Below are positions 1 through 13,000 of a stretch of 64,000 nt of DNA, piece after piece. The stretch comes from Octopus vulgaris. Its lineage: Eukaryota. The position numbers were made by a program, and so were the translations under genes. Below the pieces are notes generated by a model, which worked only from the letters and a program-made list of their open reading frames with translations, ran no database searches and was not told the DNA's origin. Location of the stretch: NCBI GenBank assembly GCA_951406725.2, contig OX597829.1, forward strand, positions 51,956,001-52,020,000, in the 5' to 3' direction. Numbering within the stretch: the stretch's first letter is position 1; the number at the start of each line of letters is the position of its first letter.

Positions 1-149
1 TAAGTAGCTTGCTAACCAACCACATGGTTCCAGGTTCAGTCCCACTGCGTGGCACCTTGGGCAAGTGTCTTCTGCTATAGCCCCGGGCCGACCAATGCCT
101 TGTGAGTGGATTTGGTAGACGGAAACTGAAAGAAGCCCGTCGTATATTG

Positions 150-195
<46 letters not shown>

Positions 196-406
196 ATATG
201 TTTGTGTGTCTGTGTTTGTCCCCCTAGCATTGCTTGACAACCGATGCTGGTGTGTTTACGTCCCCGTCACTTAGCGGTTCGGCAAAAAAGACCGATAGAA
301 TAAGTACTGGGCTTGCAAAAGAATAACTCCCGGGGTCGATTTGATCGACTAAAAGGCGGTGCTCCAGCATGGCTGCAGCCAAATGACTGAAACGAGTAAA
401 AGAGTA
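1..406 (+). mobile_element. tRNA-derived SINE family A (internal (TA)n(TG)n)
   Basis: GGTTCAGTCCC B-box-like, GGCAAGTGTCTTCT..GGAAACTGAAAGAAGCCCGTCG, tail GACTGAAAC.AGTAAAAGAG; many copies in window. Confidence 0.85.
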
Positions 407-688
407 TGCCAGGCAAAATACTTAGCTATGTCTTGTCTGTCTTTCTGGTCCGATTTGAAATTTGTTCTCTTTTTTTTGTGGTCAATAGAATAAGTACCAG
501 CAGTGAGGTCAATGTAAATGACCTACCCCTTGTGCCAAAATTTGAAACTGGTGTTTAACTTATCTAATTATCTTTTATACAAGTGAATGAGTATTTAAAT
601 GAAGTGTTAACTTAGGGATTCTCTTAACGGTTTTGCTTTGTTATTGATGCTAATGGAAGCTTTGCTAAAATCAGACATTTCCTTTCAG

Positions 689-825
689 AAAGAAAATAGT
701 ATTCTAAGTGAAGAATTGAAATTAGCAATAGACAGAGAAACAGATTTGCTGAACAAAGTCCTTGACACTGAAGCATCCCGAGACACTTTCCAAGAATGCT
801 TAACTTCTATCTTGAGCCATCTTAA
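689..825 (+). CDS. KIF4: KIF4 exon (KENSILSEELKLAIDRETDLLNKVLDTEASRDTFQECLTSILSHL)
   Basis: tttcAG acceptor, AA|GTAAGT donor; phase 2 matches next exon. Confidence 0.75.
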
Positions 826-3800
826 GTAAGTAAAAAAGTAAACAAATTTGTAATGTGGAATAATAAGTAAATTTTAAATTTGAGAAACAAATTAAGTTTC
901 AAATAATTTTGGCTTTCTTGGATATAAGCATGGCTGTGTGGTTAAGAAGTTTGTTTCCCAACCACATGGTTTCAGGTTCAATACCACTGCATGGTACCTT
1001 GTGTGTTTTCTGAGTGGATTTGGTAGAGAGTGACTGAAAGAAGCCTGCTGAATATATGTGTGTGTGTGTCTGTGTCTGTCTCCTTGTCTCAACTTTATGT
1101 GATAGTTGCAAACATCATAAGAATGATGTTATTTGTTTCCAGTTTTCTGTGACAATATGTTTGGGTATGGAGAAATATTACTATGGAAACAGGTGCAGGT
1201 TGGCCACAAGAATGGTCTTTGATTATAGGAAATCTTCTGAGAACTCTGTGACCCTTGTGAACATGGGAAAGTAGATGTTACATGGATGATAATTGGTTTC
1301 AGTCATTCTAAAATGGTAAAGTACTGCTTTGAATTAACCCCAGTGCTAATTAGGAAGTCTGGTACTTGTTCTACCAGTCTCTTCTTTTTTTATTTTTGTC
1401 CACTGGTAACAGACAATGTGTGACTGACTGACCAGTACTCAGTTGTGCTGATGAAAGTTCCAGTTGATCCTGTCAATGGGACAGTTCATGAAATTAATAA
1501 CAAGCAAGTGGCTGAGCACTCCACACACACGTGTACCTTTAACGCAGTTCTCAGGGAAATTCAGTGTGAAATGGAATGTGACAAGGCCATCCCTTTTGAA
1601 ATACGGGTACAACTCACTTTTGCCAGCTGGGTGGACTGGGGCAATGAGAAATAAAGCATCCTGCTCAAGAACATAATATATTGCCACAAATCGAACTCAT
1701 GTCTTACCCTAACCACTTAGCCATGTGCCTTTACAATCATACACACATTAGGTTTCTGCACAGTTTCCATCTGAACAAGAACCTGGAACCGTGTAGTTGA
1801 GAAAGTGAACTTAATCACACGGCAATGCTGAATTTAGAAAGAAAGAAAAGCTTATTGAAATTTCATTTTTACATTAAAGTTGATTTTTAAATAATTTTTA
1901 GTTTTAAATTTTGTATTTTAAAGTATGAAAATATTTATATCTGTTGTTTGTTCTGTTTTATTTGATCTTTTTCTACTTTGAAGATTGTTTTGAATTTGGA
2001 GTGTAATCAACTAAAATTAATTTATTCTCATTAGGGATTTCCTGGAAGATGAATCTGTGAAAGAGGAATTAGTAGAAGCATATACAAGTGTGAAAGAAAA
2101 GGTTTGTTATTTTATTTATTCTCTCTCTCTCTCTCATATTCACTTCCCACCTTAACCTCACAACTCCCTCTTTCTCTCTCTTTCCAGACTGGCAAAATAG
2201 TAATTAGTTTCCTAAGTAGGACACCTGCTCCTGTCCCTCTATCATCCTTCATTACTGAATCCTGTTCAGTCAAGGAGTCTTGTCTTGAGTCCCTGTTGAC
2301 TTCATCATTGCTTGCGTTGTGAGTGTTTATTGAGCGAAAACACATAAAGCTCCACGAGGCTCCGGCAGGGATGGTGGTGATCCCTGCTGTACTCTTTCAC
2401 CACAACTTTCTCTCACTCTTACTTCCTGTTTCTGTTGTACCTGTATTTCAAGGGTCCAGCCTTGTCACTCTGTGTGTCACGCTGAATATCCCCGAGAACT
2501 ACGTTAAGGGTGCACGTGTCTGTGGAGTGCTCAGCCACTTACACGTTAATTTCACGAGCAGGCTGTTCCGTTGATTCGGATCAGCCGGAACCCTCGTTGT
2601 CGTAACCGACGGAGTGCTTCCCAGTACACTCTATGAAGTGGTTGGCATTGGGAAGGACATCCACCTGTAGAAACCATACCAAAGTAGTCATTAGAGCTTG
2701 ATGCAGTGTTCTGTCTCGTTAGTGTCAAACTGTCCAACCCATGCCAGCATGGAAAATGTATGATAAAGATGATTTGTAAATTATTTGAACATTTCTTGAC
2801 TTTATTTCTATGGAGTAGACTTTTTTTGTTTGTTCAATCAAGATTTTTGGGAGGAGTTGATAAAATATCTATTGCTTTATATTTTTGATGTTTGACTCCA
2901 GTTCAGCACTGGTAAAATAGATCTATTATCAAAGACATTCCAGCTATAACCAATAGTTTTTTTTTTGTTTTCTTTTTCTGTTTTTCTTTTAAGATATCTG
3001 TAATCCAATGTATTATCATCATCATCATCATCATCCGCTTTCCATGCTAGCATGGGTTGGACGGTGCAACTGGGGTCTGGGAAGCCAGAAGGCTGCACCA
3101 GGCTCCAGTCTGATCTGGCAGTGTTTCTACGGCTGGATGCCCTTCCTAATGCCAACCACTCCGTGAGTGTAGTGGGTGCTTTTTATGTGCCACCTGCACA
3201 GGTGCCAGACAAGTCTGGCAAACGGCCACGGTCGGATGGTGCTTTTTACGTGCCACCGGCATGGAAGCCAGGCGAGGCTGGCAAACGGCCGTGATCGGAT
3301 GGTGCTTTTTACGTACCACTGGCACGTATCTTTCAATTATTTATCATGTATCGTTCAATTTATTTAGACAAGGAGTTTTAGCTCCACTTCCATCTGTGTA
3401 AAGATTCTCTCACTCACTCTCTGGCTTACTTATAATAACAAAAACCTTATGTCATTCATGTTTTAATGAGATTTTACTTTAAATAATGAGCACTTTAGTA
3501 TGGTGGTGGTGGTGGTGGAAGGTCACTGATGAGTTGGTATGCAAATGGTTAAAAATAAAACTGAAACTCCTGTAGAATTTACTAAAGTCTGTCTTTATAC
3601 TTTATAGATTGATAAAGCAGATTCATCCCTGGAAAATGTTGAAGACAGAAGTTTGGAGCAGCAAGACGTATGTCGCTTTCTATTTTATTTTTGCTAATTT
3701 CATCACTCACCTTTTATATTGTTATTATTACCTCTGCCTTAGAGAAGGCAGAGGGGTATTGTTTTCAGTTGTGTTTGTTTGTTTGTCCATATACAAGATA

Positions 3801-6800
3801 TCTCAAGAACCGCTGGATGGATTTGGATGAAACTTTCAGAGGTGTTTGGCCTCGTGGCTGGCATGAGAACTGATTAGATTTTGGGATCGATCCGGTACCA
3901 GACCAGGATTCTGGATTATTTTCCCTTTTTTTTTTTTTAACTTAACTTTTGAGAGCGGTCAGGTTCAGTTTTAGTATTCTCATATGTGAGAGCAGTTGAG
4001 TTTATTTTAGATATTCTCATTTTAAAAAATCATCTCTGGTTAATCGTTGAGAGGATGTTGGTGTTGCCTTGGCGGAGGCTTGCGCTCTCTGAGTGCTCTT
4101 GTTAGTTACGTTGTTATGGCAGCAAGCTGGCAGAATTGTTAGCACACTGGATGAAATGCTTATCGGTATTTTACGCATCGCTGTGTTCTGAGTTCAAATT
4201 CCACCAAGGTCATCTTTGCCTTTCATCCTTTCAGGGGTCAATGAATTAAGTACCAGTCAAGTACTGGATGTGATGTGACTGACTAATCATATCTCCTCAA
4301 ATTCCAGGCCTTATACCTATAGTAGAAAGGATTATTAATTGTGTGAAAGTGGAGGCGCAATGGCCCAGTGGTTAGGGCAGCGGACTCGCGGTCGTAGGAT
4401 CGCGGTTTCGATTCCCAGACCTGGCGTTGTGAGTGTTTATTGAGCGAAAACACCTAAAAGCTCCACGAGGCTCCGGCAGGGATGGTGGTGATCCCTGCTG
4501 TACTCTTTCACCACAACTTTCTCTCACTCTTACTTCCTGTTTCTGTTGTACCTGTATTTCAAAGGGCCGGCCTGGTCACTCTCTGTGTCACACTGAATCT
4601 CCCCGAGAACTACGTTAAGGGTATACGTGTCTGTGGAGTGCTCAGCCACTTACACGTTAATTTCATGAGCAGGCTGTTCTGTTGATTCGGATCAACCGGA
4701 ACCCTCGTCGTCGTAACCGACAGAGTGCTTCCCTATTAATTGTGTTGTTAAGGTGGCAAACTGACAGAATTGTTACTGCACTGAACAAAATGCCTAGCAG
4801 CAGTTCACCCGTTGATACATTCTGAGTTCAAACACTGCCAGGGTCAACTTTGCCCTTGGTGGCTGATGAAACAAGTGCCAGTTCAGCATTGGGGTTGATG
4901 TAATTGACTCACACCCTCCCTTGAAGCTGCTGGCCTTGTGCCAAAATTCGAAACCATCTTTAATTGTGCTGTTAAAATGGTAAGCTGGCAGAATCAGTAC
5001 CAGACGAAATGATTGGCAGCGTTTCTTCTGGCTTGGTACTCTGAGTTTTCATATTGTCAAAATCAAGTTTGTCTTTCATCCTTTCAGTATCCATAAAATA
5101 AGTACCAGCTGAACACTGAGGTTTAATTGACTAGCCCCTCCCCTCAAATTGCTGCTCTGTGCCAAAATATGAATGAATTATTAATAACTAGCAGTATCGC
5201 CTGGCGTTGCTCAGGTTTGTAAGGGAAATAACTATATAAGCATTTTTAGAGATGTAAAGTATAATAGCCATCTCAACCACAAGGGGGGGGGGGGGTACTG
5301 TAGCTTTTTACGTTCTGAGATTTAATAAATTTTTAGAGAGTTACTTCCCTTATATATGCCAAACATGCATTAAAAATGGGAAAAATTGATGGTAAATTTT
5401 TTTTAAAATCGTAGACTCATCGTAGACGCGTGCTAATACACAGAAGGGCTCGATATGAATCACGACTATAAGATACCCAGTTTTGGTTACACTGCACCGC
5501 AAAATGTGGGAGTAGTTAGGAATCTAAATCGTAGGAGACAGACACACAACTTCTCTTTTATATATAAAGATGTTATTGTTTTAGCAATTTGACATTTATT
5601 TCCTGCTTAATTTATATATACTGAAGATGTTGTAATTAATAAATTTTATGTTTTATGAACAGGGTGACATAGACAATACTTCACTAACTCAGGAACATGT
5701 TATGCAGCAAGCAGCGTTGGGAAAAGAATTAAAAGAAATTAACGAGGTTCTTTATAAAAAAATGAATCTCGTGCAGCAAATGAATAAGTCTGAAGAGAAT
5801 ATAGTAATGCTAAAACATCAATATCAAGTAAGTTCCCTAACTTTTTGTTGTTTAACCCTTTAGTGTTCAGATTATTCTGTTAAATGTAATACTTTTTCAC
5901 TCAAATTGTTTTGAATTAATCATGCATTATCTTATAGCGTTGAGGTTTCAGTGACGTGATTGTCTATTTTTAGAATGTCAAAGTAGGTTAGTTGTGAGAG
6001 GCTGGATATTGCCAGTTTGAATATAAAACATGTAGAATATATTGGGCCGGATGTGGCCGGTTTAAACACTAAAGGGTTAAACCCTTGAGAATTTGGTTTA
6101 TTCTTTCCAATGTAATACTCTTTTACTTGTTTCAGTCATTTGACTGTGGCCATGCTGGAGCACCGCCTTTATTCGAGCAAATCGACCCCGGGACTTATTC
6201 TTTGTAAGCCCAGTACTTATTCTATCGGTCTCTTTTGCCGAACCGCTAAGTGACAGGGACGTAAACACACCAGCATCGGTTGTCAAGCAATGCTAGGGGG
6301 ACAAACACAGACACACAAATACACGCACACACACACATATATATATATATATACGACGGGCTTCTTTCAGTTTCCGTCTACCAAATCCACTCACAAGGCA
6401 TTGGTCGGCCCGGGGCTATAGCAGAAGACACTTGCCCAAGATGCCACGCAGTGGGACTGAACCTGGAACCATGTGGTTGGTTAGCAAGCTACTTACCACA
6501 CAGCCACTCCTGCGCCTATTTATTCACATTATTTTGAATTGATCATGGATTATCTTGTACCTTCAAGAGCAATTGCTTAGTTTTAGAATGGCATTGTAGG
6601 GTAAGTGTGAGAGACCAGATCCGGTTGGTTTCAACCTAAAACAGGTAGAATATTTGGTCCTGATACGGCTAGTTTGAATGCTAAAGAATTAAAAAGATGA
6701 CCCCCAACTGAACCAATCTATGATCAAAGGTGTTCCAACTGTTTTTTTTTTTTTTATTTGGGAAATTTGGCTATTTCTAGCATGTGGAGTGGTCATCTAG

Positions 6801-7034
6801 AGGCTCACTTGTTGACTTGCTGATAACATGCTGCACTAGTGGGACAGTAACATTGAGCAATATACTCTTTTACTCGTTTCAGTCATTTGACTGCGGCCAT
6901 GCTAGAGCACCACCTTTAGTCGAGCAAATCGACCCCGGGACTTATTCTTTGTAAGCCCAGTACTTATTCTATCGGTCTCTTTTGCCGAACACACCAGCAT
7001 CGGTTGTCAAGCAATGCTAGGGGGACAAACACAG

Positions 7035-7066
<32 letters not shown>

Positions 7067-10000
7067 GACAGGCTTCTTTCAGTTTCCGTCTACCAAATCC
7101 ACTTACAAGGCATTGGTCGGCCCGGGGCTATAGCAGAAGACACTTGCCCAAGGTGCCACGCAGTGGGACTGAACCCGCAACCATGTGGTTGGTTAGCAAG
7201 CTACTTACCACACAGCCACTAACAGAAACAAAAGTGATGACTGTATCAGTTACAAGATTTGGACAGTACTCGCGTGTATCTGCGCATGCACGCAGGCTGT
7301 ATATGCATGCACTAGCACTATGACCCGGCGTTGCCAGGCCATAGTGCTAGTTCTATAAAAAACATTAACACGTTGACCACCACATGGACCTCTTGTGGTT
7401 CATTGCAAACTCCACACAGCATCCATATGTACCACAAGTGCTACATTTTCATAATTGGAGAAAATATTTTATTCTGTATGTCTGACATGGTGTCGGGGAT
7501 ATTTAGATAATATGAGTGCTACGTATTAAAGTTTAATTATGAAATAAGTTGAACACACACTCCTCCTGTCACAGCTGTCACCACACTGAGAACAGTAGCA
7601 GCTGAAATACAGTATGTTCCAGTGACAGGCCATGGCAGTTAATGTGTTAACAAGTAATAAGGAAAAACTGGTTAGATTTTATTACTCTATTACAAAATAG
7701 AGTCATTAACTAATGTATGTTAATGTGAAGAGGATGTATCTGTGTTCGAAACTCCACCAAAGAACCATCATCATCATCAACATCATCATTACCATCATTT
7801 AGATGTGGCTGTGTGGTAGGAAGCTTGTTTTCTAACCACATGGTTCTGGGTTCAGTCCCACTGTGAGGCACCTTGAGCAAGTGTCTTTTACTATAGCCTC
7901 AGGCTGACCAAAGCCTTGTGAGTGGATTTGGTAGACAGAAACTTAGAGCCCATCGTATATAAGTGTGTGTGTGTATATATAAACACACACATCAATATAT
8001 ATATATATATACACATAGTTATGTGTGTGTGTGTGTCTTTGTTTCTGTGTTTGTCCCCCACCAGCACTTGACAACCAGTGCTGGTGTGTTTACATCCCCA
8101 TAACTTAGTACCAGGGTTAAAATAATAAATGATGGGGTCAATCGATTCATTGAACTAAAAATTCTCCAACTTGGTGCCCCAGCATGGTCACAGTCTGATG
8201 ACTGAAACAAGTAAAAGATAAAAAAATTTCTCAAATGTTTTCACAGACTGGACATGTCAGTTTAGATTGTCTTCCCCCTTAACCTGGTCCATCATCATCA
8301 TCATCATATTTGTAAGGTTCAGCATTCTAAGATCAACGCAGCATTTCCTTTTGGTTTTCCTCTCCTGCAGACTTCTTCCTGCATCATTTGACAATTTTCC
8401 ATATAAATCACATATCCATCCATACCATTGCAGTCTCTTCTCTTTCAAGCTGCAGCCAACTTTTCTGATGCCCGCCTAGTTTTTATTCCACTACACTTGT
8501 GTGTTCTACGTCACGTCCAGCGAACCCTTCATATACAATGTGCATGTCTTGTTACCAAGGTGTTACCATAGTAATATTATGACATGCACAGTTATACATT
8601 CTACTCTTCATTGTCAACAGAGCTTCTGAAATTTTTCACTCCATCCTTACTCTGGCTCCTATACTTTCTCAATGCCCACCGCCACTGTTGATTAAATATC
8701 AGAAGCTACCGATTCCTTCTTAGGAGGCAAATGTTCAAGATATAAAATAGTTGTCCAGTTTGTGTAATCATTCTGAGATTAAGAATGCTGTCTTCTTGAA
8801 TTGTAAAATTATGTAGAATTTTTATGTCATAAGATTTCCAAGTTCCAGTAAATTCTTAAAAAATCCTTTAAAATGTTTTAGCCCAAAAGCCGCGGCCATG
8901 CTGGGGCACCACCGCTGATATTAGTCATTTTGTTTTCTTACAATTTTCCAGGCTTCAATGGATAAATTGCAATCAGAAATAGAGAATTTACAGAAAGAGA
9001 GAGACATGCTGAAGACTGAACTTGATACCAAGAGTAAAGCTGGAACGTAGGTTGCCGTTTTTGTTTTTGTGGAGTTTTATACTTTGTAATTTTTGTCATT
9101 TACTTGTTTTAGTTATTAGATGGTGGTCATGCTGGAGCACTGTCTTGAAAAATTTTTTAGTCGAATGAATCGACTTCTGTGCTTATTTGTTTTTTATAAG
9201 TCTGATATTTATTCTGTCAGTCACCAGGGGATCAACAACAATCCTCAGGATGACCAAAGTCTTGTCAGTGGATTTCGTCCACAGAAACTGAAAGAAACCT
9301 GTGGTATGTGCGTGTCTTTGTGTCCCACCACCACTTGACAACTGATGTTGGTGTGTTCAAGTCTCTGTGACTTAACAGTTCAGCAGAAGTGACTGACAAT
9401 AAATATCAGACTTATGAACCGTCTGACCCATGCCCACACGGAAAGCAGATGTTAAATGATAATGATTTGCAAATAATTTGTAAGATTGTTGAGAGTTGAC
9501 CTTAATGACAGACTGGTCCCCTTGAGTGGTCTGTGAGGATGCATAGTGTGCTGTTTTTCTTTTTGTTGTTGTTTGTGATTTATTTGATACTCCTGGCTGC
9601 AGTGGTATAATCTAGGGTTTTTTTTTTTTAAATACATGGCTTTGGGTAAAAGAAATTACAGCAGGATCAGCAAATTGATTTTATATCTTACTAGCAGTAT
9701 CGCCCGGCGTTGCTCGGATTTGTAAGGGAAATAACTATATAAGCATTTTTAGAGAGTTATAGCCAAAAAAATGCATTAAAAATGGGGAAAAATTATGGTA
9801 ATTTTTTTTTTAAATCGTTGACTCATTGTAGACATTTTTAGAGAGTTACTTCCCTTATATAATAGCGAAAAAATGCATTAAAATGGAAAAAAATTATGGT
9901 AAATTTTTTTTAAATCGTAGACTCATCGTAGACGCGCGCTAATACCCAGAAGGGCTCGATATGAATAACGACTATAAGATACCCGGTTTTGGTTAAACTG

Positions 10001-13000
10001 CACCGCAAAATGTGGGAGTAGTTAGGAATCTAAATCGTAGGAGACAGACACACAACTTGACTTTTATATATAAAGATATCCCCCTCTCAGATTCACACAT
10101 TTATTGCAGTGGCCCTTCAGTTTCTCTAAGCCCTGTAAATGAACTTAGAATGTTGGGCCTCCAATCGGGCCTTTTGCAATACCCTTAAAACCAGGAACTT
10201 TCCAGCACCCCCATCGTATTGTTGGTGCCTAAAAAATATACTTTAGTACACTTAGTTGAGGAAATTTTGCGATTGTTACTAAATATGTTTGTGTATGGTT
10301 TTACTCTTGTTTCCGTCTTTTTATCTGTGCCATAAATGTTGTAAAGGTGCTTTTGTAATTCCTAACATTATCGTTTTCTGTCTGTGTTAAAGAGTGATGG
10401 GGGAGGAGAAGGCAGATCCTTGTGATAATCAATTTGGGAAAGTGCCTATTCTTGATGTGTTGCATGCCACATTGTCTATGTAACACCAATGATAGTTTGC
10501 AAGCAAATTGTTTGATACTTTGCATGGTAGGAGATTGGAGTTGAGAGCTTTGCTAGTGCTGATTAAGATTCTTTTTTGCTTTTTTTAAACCAATGAAGGG
10601 CATCCCGCCGTAGAAACATTGCCAGATCAGACTGGGCCTGGTGCAGCCTTCTGGCTTCCCAGACCCCAGTTGAACCGTCCAACCCATGCTAGCATGGAAA
10701 GCGGATGCTAAACGATGATGATGATGTATGTGTTTTTTGAGTAAGATTTGCAATGTAGCATCTTCGAAAAATATCTTCTGTAGCCTTAGGTTGACCAATG
10801 CTTTGTGGATTTTGCACAAAGAAACTGTATGAATGTCTATTGTGTGAATATAGACATTTTATAAGCAGTGCTTGCCACCATTTTTGAAAACCTGTGGGAT
10901 AGGGTTGGCCAGAGGAAAAAGAACATCTGGCGCTTAAAAATCTCCCAAGTAAGTCTCCATCTGACCCATGCTATCAAGGAAAAATGGATGTTAAGTAAAT
11001 GAACTAGCATGGTCAATGAGTGTAATGGCATGAATCCCATGTTGTCATTTGAAGACTCAGTGATATAAAAGATGAGTCTTAAAATATTTGAGGATTGGCA
11101 TATGGGTCTGGTAATACTTTAGGATTGTGATGATTTTAGCCCAAATTCTAGCATTTGGCATTTTTGATATAGAATGCAGTGGTTCCTTTATTTTGTGATT
11201 TTTGCCAGTTCTTTAGGATTTTAATTGTTTAGATTTTTCTGGTGTCTGATGACAGGGTGGGGGGTCTAGTGAGGCTTTAGATGGAACATGCATATATTAC
11301 TTTTCCTTCATATGTAGGCGTGGCTGTATGGTAAGAAGTTTGTTTCCCAACTGTGTGCTCCTGGGTTCATACCCACTGTGTGGCACTCTGGGCAAGTGTC
11401 TTTCACTATAGCCTTAGGCTGACCAAAATTTTCATAGATGGAAACTGAAAGAAACCTGTTGTGTGTGTGCTTGTCTCCTTGTCTTGGCATTGCATAATAG
11501 TTATGAGTGTCATCACTGTCATTGAAGCTTCATTTCCAGTCTTCTAAAGAAACATGTCTGGTCATGGTGAAATATCAACCAACTTGGAAACGGTGTGTGT
11601 TGGCAACAGGAGTCGCATTTAACAGTAGAGAATCTGCCTCAATAGACTTCATCCAATTCAGGCAAGCACGGAAAAGTCAGCATTTAAGAGATGATGTTAC
11701 ATGGAATTGTTATGAATATTGTTGTTGTTGATCCTGTTAATTACTTTGTATAATGTTTTACTGTTTGTTTTTGTGGTGTGTGTACTTACAATGGTTTACC
11801 AATTTTATTGTTCTTTGCTGTATTTTCCTTAGTTCTGTGTTTAGTTTCTTGATATTGTGTTTGATGACATTTCTGTTGTGTAAGGTTTTCTTTTTTCTTT
11901 TAATGTCACTTTGTGGGATAAGTAATGGTTAGGAAGCATCAACTAATATTTAAAGAAAATATATGTACAGCATTGTCTGTTTTGGTGATTGTAGTGCTGT
12001 CGAGTTCTGTAGGCCTTAACTTTACTTTTTTAAAGTGGTTCCCACTGAGCTTTCTTGAAGTGCTTAAGCTGTAGTTAAGTGACAAAACCACAAAATGGAT
12101 ATATTTGGTTGTATTGTGGATTTAGGCCTATCCATAAATTAGTTCTTTTTGTCTGAAATGAAATCACATCATCAGTGTCAACTTTGTTTTCTAAGTAGTG
12201 CAGGTTGTACTGGAGTTCAAATAACTCCTTCCCAAATAATTTCTGACCCTTTTTTTTTTTTTTTTTTTTTTTTCAATTTCAGTATAAGTGAAAAGAGACG
12301 CCAAAAAATGAAAAGTTTAGAGCAAGAAATTGATCGCCTAAAATTAAAAATGTCAGAATTTGCTCGTCTTCAGAAATTAAAAGAGAATGCAGATAAAAAA
12401 ATCAAAACCCTCGATCAAGACATACAGGTATGTTTTTTTTTTTTTACCTGTAATTTAAGTTGTCAAAAGATTTACAGAAGTACAATTTATTTAATAATCT
12501 ATCTGTGTGTTATTGAACGTAGTAGCCATCTCTTTCAGCCAGTTAGATTGATTTGTGAAAAGTCAATAAGAAGAAGTAAATAAGTTACAAAGTATTAAGG
12601 CTTCAGCTTTGATCCTCACATCATCATCGTCGTTTAACGTCCGTTCTCCATGCTAGCATGGGTTGGACGGTTCGACCGGGGTTCTGGGAAGCCAGAAGGC
12701 TGCACCAGGCTCCAGTCTAATCTGGCAATGTTTCTACAGCTGGATGCCCTTCCTAACCCCATCAGTTGTGACAAAAAAATGATTCCCTCTAATTTTCTTG
12801 TTCCCTTTTGTTACCAACTGCCCAAGACTTTAAATGATAATCTCAGCACTAATGACATTAGTATGTTTGTGAAAATATGTAATTTCACCACATAAACAAC
12901 TCAGTTACAGTCTCCAACAGTTTTTGCAAGTTTTTGGAAACTTTTTTTCACATTGATTTTCTGAAATTTTTTACTGTGGATTAGAAAAGGACACCAATTC

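Noticed and set aside
4350-4422. tRNA-like sequences (also 17689, 46836, 49687, 54101)
   Set aside because: They are heads of SINEs or SINE fragments, not stand-alone tRNA genes
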